In this document: piece after piece, positions 20,944 to 30,681 of the stretch | Position numbering within the stretch: the stretch's first letter is position 1 | Layout: every line of letters begins with the position of its first letter | NCBI GenBank assembly: GCA_030167865.1 | Contig: JALAGF010006555.1 | Location: 1 to 36,817, forward strand | Source of the DNA: Craspedostauros australis | Lineage: Eukaryota | Reading direction: 5' to 3' | Length of the DNA stretch: 36,817 nt | Made by a program: the position numbers and the translations under genes | The notes under the pieces: model-generated | Told to the model about the DNA's origin: nothing | Databases searched by the model: none | What the model saw: only the letters and a program-made list of their open reading frames with translations

Positions 20944-21446
20944 ATGGGCAAGATCATCGTTCAAGTTCGGTACTGTGGCGGGTGAGGTGCGTATCATGGC
21001 GCTCCGCATTCGTGTTTGCTGGAGCTGCAATGACAGGATGCTCTGGCGCGGCAGGCCGTCATTGCGAGAGCAACCTCGTATTGAGGAGTTGTCCCTGACT
21101 TGCATCATTCATTGTCACTCATGATATCCCCTTTCTTTTCGAACCGACACGCACATGCCACGGCATCACACGCACTTGATGCAAACATCGTTCAGGCTAC
21201 GGGAGATACTTTCGAGCATTGAAGGACTTCCTCTTGAAGCAGCTTCACATCGCCAACAAAATCAAGGTGATTGGCAAGGAAGATCGTGGCATCACTGGAA
21301 ACTTCGAAATCACCATCCATCCACCGGACGGTCAGGATGCTGTGCTCATTCATTCCAAGATGCGTGGTGGTCAAGGCCGTGCACAAACACCAAAGGAACG
21401 CCAGCTCATCGTGGATCAGATCCAAGAATACATAGATGACATGTAA
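20944..21446 (+). CDS. SELENOW: Selenoprotein W / Rdx-family protein, 97 aa, Sec TGA at 20983-20985; exons 20944-20986 and 21196-21446
   Basis: Exon 1 reads MGKIIVQVRYCGG-TGA-G and the intron is 20987-21195 (GTGCGT...TTCAG). Spliced product: MGKIIVQVRYCGGUGYGRYFRALKDFLL...ITGNFEITI...LIHSKMRGGQG...IQEYIDDM. YCxxUGY, tGxFEI and HSK are Rdx/SelW hallmarks. 294 nt, in frame. Confidence 0.92.
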
Positions 21447-21721
21447 AATGTGATCGGCGTTGGATCGCATCCGCAGCAAGAGACAGGGCTGACTTTGCTA
21501 TGCTATCTTTCCTTCCTTCCGTGGCAATGAACACAAACCATGCAACAAGCAAAAAGAACGAGACAAATCAAGGACGATCGATGCAACCATACGCACTGAT
21601 ATCGAACGCAGACTGCAGCGACTGCACATATAATATGTACCACGAACACTCCAAACAACGCTTGACGATCACAGGTGAGAGAGGGGATTTGCTTTGAGAC
21701 AACAATTGATGCTCGTCATTT

Positions 21722-21840
21722 GCGACCGTTTGGAATGACGATGGAGCGGCGTGGAGAAGATGGCGAGGTCCCAGCAAGCACTTGCTTGGATGTCATCTAC
21801 TTCTTCACTTCACTGCTCGATCTGACAATAAAATGGTTGT
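21722..21840 (+). promoter_or_regulatory. Candidate SECIS-like hairpin for the SelW gene (atypical, long apical arm)
   Basis: Lower stem 21722-31/21831-40, core ATGAC (21735-39)/TGAC (21823-26), upper stem 21740-49/21813-22, then further paired arms. No clear unpaired AA at the canonical position. Confidence 0.45.
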
Positions 21841-22318
21841 TCATCTCTGCACGAGATAAATGAACGAATTGCGGTCCCATGTCACGGTATGCAAATGTAT
21901 GCTCGAAAGGCCGTGGGTGTTACCGATGGAGCAGTATCAGATTTCGCAATGCAACATCCACCTCTTACATCGACTCAACGAGCACAGCAGTTGGAGTCAA
22001 TCTTCAATTCAATTAAATATAGTACGAGGAGGATAATCCTGCCCAGTACACCAAACTCAATCACAACAGAACAATGCTCGTTCTCTCCGATACTCATGAT
22101 GCTTGACAGAGTACCGTCGAGATCTATCACTCTATTTCGAGTCGGGTGATAGTCGCACCAGATCAAGGTTGCCTTGGTTGTCAACGTTGCAGGTATGGAG
22201 CGTGGTGGATCTGCACCGTTCTATTCTGTTCTTTGTTGTCAGGTCTGTGATGGCATGACGTCATCGTATCGGAAACGTTGGCAAAGGAGATTCGATACAA
22301 AAGAAAGTAGAATTTCGC

Positions 22319-22439
22319 GAGACCACTTTGGGACCACTTCGGGACCACATCGAGACCATTCTGAGACCACTTTGAGACCATTCTGAGACCATTCTGAGAC
22401 CACTTTGAGACCAAATCGAGACCATTCCGAGACCACTTT
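22319..22439. repeat. 11-bp minisatellite, 11 copies (consensus GAGACCAYTYT)
   Basis: Units in order: GAGACCACTTT, GGGACCACTTC, GGGACCACATC, GAGACCATTCT, GAGACCACTTT, GAGACCATTCT, GAGACCATTCT, GAGACCACTTT, GAGACCAAATC, GAGACCATTCC, GAGACCACTTT. Confidence 0.95.
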
Positions 22440-23025
22440 TGACACCAAAATGGTGACTGGGATGCAACATCGCGATCACATCGCTTGAAGTCAATCTCAC
22501 AACAAGGAGGAATCGACTTCCATCACTAAGTACGGGCACGTGCGTGCATCATCGGGACGATGGCGTGAACGTGGGACCGCCTCTCTTCTCATCCAAAGTC
22601 CTACTTTCCGTCATCACCTGCAGCTGTACTCGTCAGAGGAGGACAAACAGAGAAGTGCCCAACTTCCTCTACATCCTATCCACACTTGTACGAGGACGAG
22701 TACACACATTGGGGAAACGTGCCTCATCCAGCCCGAGAGACGCCGCGTCTCTCTCTCGCTCTCTTCTTTCGAAGTCTCTTGCTCCACTTCCTTCTCCGCA
22801 CCGCTACGATAGCTCGTCCAGCGAGCGTGGCTTCTGTAACAACAAGCAGTGCAACGAGGCATTCCAAACACAAGCACCGCACCCCCAAATCATCGCGTTG
22901 AAAGCGATACAACAGAGTAGAAGACGCACACACAGAGCGACGCTTTGATTTCATGTCATAAATCTCTTGGAGCGAAAAGCCCAAGGAACAAAAGGCAATC
23001 GATCGTGACAGTGTCTGCGAGCCAA

Positions 23026-24537
23026 ATGAGGCTGCCCAACTTCTCGTCCTTGTCCAAGGTAGCAACCGTAGCAGCAGCAGCAACGACAACCCTGATGACG
23101 ATGAGCACCGCCGCAGGCAAGCAGCTTCAACATCAAATCAACATGAAGGCAGGTATGCCTGCGAAGGTGATCGGTGCGAGCACACAGACCATCTCCGACT
23201 TGCTCCCCAAGCATCCCAATCCATCTCAAACCATTGTACATGTCATTCGTCCATCCACAACTGCGGACGATATGACCTGCGTCAACAACGATGGCGATGA
23301 AGCAACGGCCATCGCGAGCGGTCTGTTCGTATGCCGCCTCCCCAAGCTGGCCAGCCAGCTCAAGGAACCTTACACGACGCTGTCCATCTCGTTGCAGGAT
23401 CTGCGCCCAATCTTCGATGCATCCACCAATGTCGACGACACCTCAGCTGCCATCGTCAGGGACGGTCCTCGCAGCGTCGAAAATCTACTGGACGGATCCT
23501 TGTATCCAACCAACGGCCGCGTGAAGGAGTTGATGGTGACGGCCGACTTCGTCACTTGCACGCAATGACCACACGGGTATATTGGGAAGCGCAACATTGC
23601 TGCGGCAATCGATGCGTTCCATGGGAAGTACAAGGATATCGCGCTGCGAGTCAACGTGGTGCGACATCCATTCTCCTTTCGTGGAGGACGGCAATCTCCA
23701 TCCACACGCGAGGATAATCTCACCTGGAAATGGGACGACGATCTCAACATCTATGCCGGCGATGAGATCGAGCAGTACCTGATGCAGATGGGACTTCGGC
23801 ATCAACAAGTCAGGCAACTTCGCACGCCAGGTGGCCTCCGCGCCGTGTTGGAGGCCAATGATGGCGATGGCAGCGCCCTGAAGTCCAGCGCAAAAGCAAT
23901 CCTGCAAGTTCTGCTCCAAATCTCGATGGCCAAAGGCATGCCCGTTCGCTGGACCGCCGACAACCTCAAGGAGGCGGTCGCTCTCATCACTCCACAACAA
24001 CTGGGCCAACCGCGCGGCAAGCAGGTCAGCGAGCTGGATGTGATTGCCGGACAGGACTACAAGCGTGGCCTGTCCAACCTCGGCAAGACGGTCGACATTG
24101 CTTTCAATTTCCACGTCGACTTCTCATGGTACCCCGTCGATTCGCAGCGCGTGCTGCTGTACGCCGCCAAGTTCGCATCCCAAGAAGCCTACGCCGATGC
24201 CTTGTCGCGTCGTCATTTCACACGCGGCATGTCCTCCAACAGCCGACACACCATCCTCGATGCGGCGGCGGAAGCTGGTCTCGACGTGGCGGATGTGGAA
24301 CACATGCTCAACAACACCCACGAGTACACCGAAGACGTGTGGCAATCCTACCGCGATACGGTTGGCAAACACGACATCCATTCCATCCCGTTCTTCACCT
24401 TTAATGGTCCTGACACGAATGGCGGCAAATTCCGCACGGATGGCGAACGCAGCGGCGAGCTGACCGTGAATGGTTCCGGAAGTACGCAGCAATTCCTATC
24501 CGTCTTCGAGCGCATCAAGGATCGCGTTGGCCTGTAA
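23026..24537 (+). CDS. DsbA/FrnE-like thioredoxin-fold selenoprotein (~503 aa), in-frame TGA at 23566-23568
   Basis: ORFs 22945-23568 and 23656-24537 share a frame and are separated only by TGA: ADFVTCTQ-U-PHGYIGKRNIAAAIDAF...VVRHPF aligns to FrnE DxxCPWCYIGKRRL...WxPF. The C-terminus has DSQRVLLYA, RHF, AAAEAGLD, IHSIPFFTF (cis-Pro loop) and VNGSGSTQQFLSVFE. A SECIS-like hairpin lies ~120 nt after the TAA. The start ATG is uncertain; 23026 is the first in frame. Confidence 0.85.
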
Positions 24538-24655
24538 CGTGGCGGATCTAGATTGCACACGCGAACAGAAACAGACATACCAAGTGACAAGCGGTTGCCA
24601 TCAGGCGTGTCATCGTTGCAAAAACAAAGCCTCTGTGAATATGATTGAAGCGATC

Positions 24656-24725
24656 GATTCAGAATGACGGTTGCAAAATTGATGCCATCGTTCGTGATTG
24701 GCATAATGCAGCCTGAACATGGATC
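24656..24725 (+). promoter_or_regulatory. Candidate SECIS element (form-2-like) for the DsbA-like selenoprotein
   Basis: Lower stem GATTCA/TGGATC, core ATGAC (24664-68)/TGAA (24714-17), upper stem GGTTGCA/TGCAGCC, unpaired AAA (24676-78), apical mini-stem ATGCCA/TGGCAT. Confidence 0.65.
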
Positions 24726-25436
24726 AAGTTGAAGCGCGCACCATGTGCATGTTGGTCTTCCTTCCCTTTCCCAATACGACAACATTCGCACGCAGGGTGA
24801 CGCCAAGAAACAGCAACTTGAGACATCGATCGTTCCAGATTTCATTTGGTTTGGAGGTATTGCACGAGAAATCGGGCGGTACCAGGCAGCACCATGGTGT
24901 AGCAAGATATAGTATGAACACAGCTTGTCAAAACAACTTACATACCATATTGTACTATACGCCTCAATCTCTCTTGTTCCTTCCATCATTGACCGGCGTA
25001 TTGCATTCACAGTGGGTGTTATTGATGAACGCGGTGTCTTTGAATTGCTGCAGCTCAGCGATTGCTTGATTCACGAATCCCTTGTCACGTTGATGTGTGA
25101 CGAGACGTCACATGGGACTCAATGTTCAGGATATGGTTTCAATCGAACACGACGGTCGAAGGAATCAAACCTCCGGAAACAACGCGAGAAAACAAACAAC
25201 GATAACAGCTGCAACAACTGCAACGACATCAAGAAACGTGCTACGACAAGGCCCGAACACGAACAGTCTCCGCGGCCCTTGACCAAATGCATCATTCTTC
25301 CCATCTATTCTACTCTATTCTCCCATCGGGTTCTACTCTCCTCTCCATATCATCGACTCTGCCGCGCTCTTGGCTCGTACGTACGGGGTCCACCTGCACA
25401 TTACTCGTATTATAGAAAGAGGGATCCAGCAACACC

Positions 25437-27544
25437 ATGCGCACGCCCGGAACCGCCGCTGCGCAGGGCAACAGATTGCCGGTGGAGGCAGCCGATTGGA
25501 TCGCGAGTCTGTATCCTGGAGAAGTCACTGGGCCTTACTTGCAGAAACATGGATGCGCAGTCTTGACTGGTGAGTGTCTTATGGTGTCGTTGCATGCTAT
25601 TTTCATGTTATATTCTATAATATAATATAATCCATGATATTGCATGATGTGATGCAATACACAATCAGATCAGCCGATGGTCCATGAGGAGATGCCAGCA
25701 CTCGGAATGCGTTCGATCGAAATGAGAGTGGAACAATTCCATCAACCAGATCGTACGCCATGCACTCCTGCTCGATTTGGGCTGGTCGAACATCCTCTCA
25801 CCCTTGCATTGCTGCCCATTTCAATTGGTCTTCCCGAACGCAACCAATGATAACCAATGATATCCAATGATCACCCCTGCATCCGCATTGTACCATATTA
25901 TACTATACTCTACAAAAAGTGAAGCAGATAAAAGACGTGCATGCTCGACTGGAAGCACTCTGCGTTGGCGTCCAGAACGTCCAGATACGGAAATCAACCT
26001 CGTACACGAAGAAAGCACAGCGGGTAGCCGAGCTCGAAGTCGCCTTTTACGCTGACGCTGCTCGACAGAACATCAACACGAACCTGATGAACACGCTCAA
26101 ACGACTGACGCCTCAACGCGTGACACCGCAATCGGGCAACGCGGCATTCATGCCCGCAAATCAACCGCTCAATTCACCGGACTTGCTTGCTGCATCACGC
26201 AACGCCATTGCATCCTTGCCAACGTACAATCAAAATCCCCACGCGAGTTCGCCCTATCACAGCAATCCATCACTCGCAGCCCAAGCATATGCGCTAATGC
26301 AGGCCCCGCCATATGCGTACAACTTCCAATCCGCCGGTCAACCCTTCCTCCCCGTGCCACCCTACACGCCACCCATAGCGAGAACGGCAGGATATACGCA
26401 ACCGGATTCGAAAAAGCGGCCGGCATCCGCCATGGCCGGATATGCGCACGCAGGCAATGCAGCACGACGAAGGATCATGTGTAATGTACCGCAGATCCCA
26501 GTGCAGCCATGGAATGCAACTCCGAACGCAGCGCATGCAACATCCGCGCCGGCGGCAACAGGATCAAGGACAGCAGGATTGGCAGAAGCAGCAGCAAAAG
26601 TATCCGCAAGTTTGACGACACCAGCAGAAGAAGAAAAAGATGAAGAACAAGCACCGGCAGCAACTGCAACAACAGACACTCCCACTGAAAACGCTACTGC
26701 AGCCGACACCACAGCTAACACTGCTGAAAACACCACCGCTACTGATGCAGCAAATGGAGACTCGGACGATGCACCTCAGAATCCAATGGAAATTAAAATA
26801 TTGCAAGAGCTGCAACAGATGGGATTTGACGACAAGTCCGAGATGCTTGTCGGCATACGTCACTTCACCAACGACATCTCGACAGACCCCGTCTCGTCAG
26901 ATCAAGTCATGATGTGGATCGTCACACAACGCGAAGAGTTGCAAGAGGCGCGCAAGATGGACATGGCACGCCTGGAGAGCGAACGATTTCGTGCCGACAA
27001 TGCCGCGAAACAGGCCGAGGCGGCCAAGACGAAGTTGCAGAGCATCTCGACGATGCAGGATTATCGTGCGATGTTCACCGAATCATGGATCCTCAAGGAC
27101 AATGCCTGCGTCGCGCATTTGGAACAGCTTTGGGATGCCTCCGCAAAAGAAGCTCTGACGCAATTGCTGCAAGTCGAAGCGAAGAGTGCGAAATGGTACT
27201 GCCAATTGCCGCGTGCGTACTTTGAAGATCTGTCCAAGGATCTGGCGAGGCAATCCACATTGTCCGTCTTAATGGATCGCGTGCGGCAAGAAAGCGAGAA
27301 ATTGAACAGCGCGCTATTTAAGCTATCCGAGCAGCAAGGTGGCGTGCCCCGAATCTACCTGCAAGCTGCCGAAGCACGCAAGGCTGAGGGGCACGACAAG
27401 CAAAACCACGATAACGGAAATGATGATGACAATGATGATGACGACGATGAGATCGTGTTTTTGAAGTGCGAACAGCTCGCGTCAGAAAAGGCAGGGCCAT
27501 GCGTCAAACAAAATGGGGGAGCAGCATTCCGCAGCGTCGCATGA
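25437..27544 (+). CDS. Hypothetical protein with UBA-like segment (~613 aa); predicted exons 25437-25569, 25669-25752, 25920-27544
   Basis: The main ORF 25919-27544 starts at GTG. Introns GTGAGT...CAG (25570-25668) and GTACGC...AAG (25753-25919) join two upstream exons in frame (1842 nt). ILQELQQMGFDD resembles the UBA MGF loop. The 5' exons are less certain than the main exon. Confidence 0.65.
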
Positions 27545-27654
27545 AGCGGCGGCTGGATGATTGCAAGTTCGAAAGATAGAAAGACTGAGTTTCTTACGGT
27601 TTTAGACACTACTGGTACAATAGTAGAGGATTAGCCAGGGCCACATCATGCCAT

Positions 27655-29034
27655 TCATTCGCGAATGGCAACAAACCGCAGCGGCCGATAACCTTCGTAG
27701 TTGGTCGTTCGAGTGAAGGAATCTCCTTGCTGTGGCGAAGGTTCATGAAGATCCATGTCACGATAGGATATGGGATCGCTATCAACGCTGAAGTGCACGA
27801 TCCGAAAGCCGAAGGTATGTTGTATGAGATGCTTGAGCTCATCCACGGATGGCGTCACGGTGGCGTACTGATGCCACTGCACAGGACCGACGTTGATCCA
27901 CACGCCGCCGTCGACGAGGAGACGATGGATGACGTCGAGATATTCCAAGACGTTCGTTGCCGTATCCAAAAAGAAGCACGTCACGACGGCACCGTACGAC
28001 CGCGCGCGCGTCATGGAATAGTACGAACTGACAAAATCTCCGATGGTGTACGATAAGCCTGCCGTGCTGTTGGGGAATATATCGGGAAAGGTGACCACGT
28101 CGTACCGCCGCTGCGCATCGACCTCGTTGCGAAAGTAATCCATGACGTAGGGATGGATCGTGCCGTGCGCGATGTGCTGATTCAGAATGGTGTAGCTCGC
28201 GGAGGCCATGACGATGGACAGCTCGTTGGCTTCGACGGGCGCACCGCACTGCAGCAGCTCCACTGCCAATCGACCCAGTCCCGCACCCGGCACGAGGACG
28301 GGCGCGGCGATGACGCCGTGCGTCTGCAGCTGTTCGCGGCACCATCCATACAGGTTCTCACGAATCGGTTCGCCGATGCTGGACCAATCACGCGCGATGT
28401 GTGCGACGAGTTGCGTGATGGAGTCGTAGGCGTGGTTGTCGCCACCGTTGTTCGATGTTGCTTTCTTTGAAAACACCGTGGATGGACCGACAAAGGCGTA
28501 ATCGTCGTCATCGGCATCCTCATTGTCATCATTGTCATGATCACTTTCGGTGGGCAACGCCAACGTGATCATTGCGTCATGTTGCATCGGCACAGTGATG
28601 GTCAAATTGTGCAGCACCGCCTCATCATGATCAAAGCATGCGGCAAGCCTATTGATCTTCGTTTGTATGGCATCCGCGTAGCTGTAGGTGGAGGTCTTGG
28701 GTTCGTGGCGTCGCACGATCTCGATCGTCTTGCCAAGTCCTTTCAGGATGTTGTCGGCTTCGGCACGGTACTGCTCCAAAGCAGCGTAGATCAGAGCCTG
28801 CGGTGGACGGTCGTTGGGGAGGATCGAAATGAAGGGGACAGCGTCGATGGACTCTCTGCCCGGCTCTGCTTCATCCTTCATGGCGTGGACTTCTCCGCTG
28901 CTGCTCGTCGCGTTGCTTCCAGCTGCACTAACACTATTACGAGTGCTAGTGCTAGTGCTAGTAGCACGGATGCGAGTGGAATGGCATGATTGCAGCAGCG
29001 CAAAGAAGAGGATCGTCACGATGCTCACAGCCAC
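27655..29034 (-). CDS. CARNMT1: N2227 / carnosine N-methyltransferase-like SAM-dependent methyltransferase (start uncertain; first in-frame ATG 28881)
   Basis: HIARDWS, VLVPGAGLGRLA, ANELS, IHPY, FPD, GDF, VVTCFFLDTATNVLEYL and GGVWINVGP are the N2227 motif series. The 29034 start is GTG, and a hydrophobic segment lies upstream of the first ATG. Confidence 0.85.
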   Translation of the reverse strand: MAVSIVTILFFALLQSCHSTRIRATSTSTSTRNSVSAAGSNATSSSGEVHAMKDEAEPGRESIDAVPFISILPNDRPPQALIYAALEQYRAEADNILKGLGKTIEIVRRHEPKTSTYSYADAIQTKINRLAACFDHDEAVLHNLTITVPMQHDAMITLALPTESDHDNDDNEDADDDDYAFVGPSTVFSKKATSNNGGDNHAYDSITQLVAHIARDWSSIGEPIRENLYGWCREQLQTHGVIAAPVLVPGAGLGRLAVELLQCGAPVEANELSIVMASASYTILNQHIAHGTIHPYVMDYFRNEVDAQRRYDVVTFPDIFPNSTAGLSYTIGDFVSSYYSMTRARSYGAVVTCFFLDTATNVLEYLDVIHRLLVDGGVWINVGPVQWHQYATVTPSVDELKHLIQHTFGFRIVHFSVDSDPISYRDMDLHEPSPQQGDSFTRTTNYEGYRPLRFVAIRE

Positions 29035-29532
29035 GAGAGATCGGAACGATGTTTCGACTGCAGCGATCTTTATGATGATGGTTGTGATGGTTGTGATGGC
29101 TGCAATGGTTACGATTGGTGTTTGGAGCTTCCTTCCAAACTCCTTACTCCAACATAGTCATAGGTACTTGGACCTTCGACTTTGTGATCCTCAACTCTTG
29201 AAAGTGTTTGGAATGTTGATGTGTCTTTGTTGGGTTGCAGATTGCCAAACAACGCATGCAAAAGCCTCCGCGGTTCTCATTCCGCTCAAAGCCCGGATTT
29301 GGTTCCACGTGGAAGGGTTCGCTTGTCATCGTGTTGTTCCAAAAACGACGCGAAATGCGCCAAACTGCAACTTCGCTTCCGTCTCTAATGCTAACAGGAA
29401 CGGCAGTCAAAGGGCGCACCACGCGAGTCCTCTTCCTCTCTTTTTCGAGAATCATATAGCTATTCGGGTTATCCACTCTAAAACCTACTCTTCCATAGAG
29501 CATGCCGCAATACGATACAATGCAATGCAATG

Positions 29533-30342
29533 CTACAGCCTCTTGGAACCTTGCTGGGCATAACCCAGCTCCTCCCAACCCAAGATGGAGCGGATCTTCT
29601 GCAGGCGCTTCAAGTTCGAGTTGGAATCGCTGACCGGCTGCGTCAGCGGATACACGAAGACGGCCGTCCTGCTCGCGCTGCGGTACAACACGACGTTATC
29701 ATCGGGCCGCAGCAGGAACTCCAGATCGTCCAACTCGCCCGACAGACCGGGCGGTGACATCGTCGGCACGGTCGCATGCAAATACCGATCCGTCAACTCC
29801 ACGATCTGCATGTTGGGATCGGCCTTCATGACGGCGTTGGCCAACGACTGCCACGCCACGCGCGCATCGTTCGTCTCGGTCAGGTAGGTCCACGGCGGCG
29901 AGAATCGCGACGGATTCTTGACGGCCGACGTCGAGACGCCGTTCTGCGTCGCCGCGATCGACGACAATCGTCCGTCGGCATTGTTAGCCACGAGTTCGCC
30001 CGTGCACGTCACGACGGTGCGCGATGGATCCGTCATGGTCTTGCATCCGCGTCGTCCGGCGGCCGTCGGCAGGGGTTTGGCGTCGTCGGCGTGAACCATC
30101 GGCACGAGGCTCGTCCATGCGAGGCCAACGAACATGGCCTGTCGGCGTGACGTGACGATCGGCGTTGGTGTGTGGCCGGTCGCATCATCGGAACTTGCCG
30201 TCTTGGCACGCCGAGCGCCGGGGTCATGGCCTTGGCTCCAGCCAAGCACCGCGACGCAGCAAAGCTGCCACACCAGCAGCATCAGTCGGAGCTTCATTGG
30301 TGGCGACATCGTCCTTGCAACCGTGGGAATCATCGCATTCAT
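29533..30342 (-). CDS. DUF1499-family protein, probably plastid/thylakoid-lumen targeted
   Basis: [31 protein letters not shown] and [19 protein letters not shown] match DUF1499. The N-terminus has a signal peptide [20 protein letters not shown] (ATG 30297) and a later [23 protein letters not shown] Tat-like signal. The track start at 30357 is GTG. Confidence 0.85.
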   Translation of the reverse strand: MNAMIPTVARTMSPPMKLRLMLLVWQLCCVAVLGWSQGHDPGARRAKTASSDDATGHTPTPIVTSRRQAMFVGLAWTSLVPMVHADDAKPLPTAAGRRGCKTMTDPSRTVVTCTGELVANNADGRLSSIAATQNGVSTSAVKNPSRFSPPWTYLTETNDARVAWQSLANAVMKADPNMQIVELTDRYLHATVPTMSPPGLSGELDDLEFLLRPDDNVVLYRSASRTAVFVYPLTQPVSDSNSNLKRLQKIRSILGWEELGYAQQGSKRL

Positions 30343-30681
30343 ATTTCTATGTGTCACTATGGCTTCGTTCCTAGCCGTATTGCAAAAGCTATGGCAGATC
30401 GAGATGGAAGAGGAAGATGGTCGGTTGGTTGATGATGTTGGGTTGCGATCTTACATGTTGGTTGGTGTCATGTGGCTTCGGCGGTTGTGTCGGCGGATTC
30501 ATTTTGTGACGTTTCACATCTCTCTGAATCATGAGTTAATCGTGACTGGTCACAAAATGTCACAGAATAGTCTATGTATCATACGGACATTAATCTAGAG
30601 TGCGTGATTGACGCAGGCATCTGAACCCTCAGAGCCTACCATACCGAACCTTCCCCGGCTCGAGTCCTGCAGCGCTTGCAC

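Noticed and set aside
22319..22439. Possible CRISPR array
   Set aside because: The units are 11 bp and head-to-tail with no unique spacers, no cas genes are present and the context is eukaryotic.
28814..29563. 249-aa + strand hydrophobic ORF
   Set aside because: It overlaps the methyltransferase and DUF1499 genes in antisense, and its hydrophobicity comes from simple repeats (GTGCTA, GATGGTTGT).
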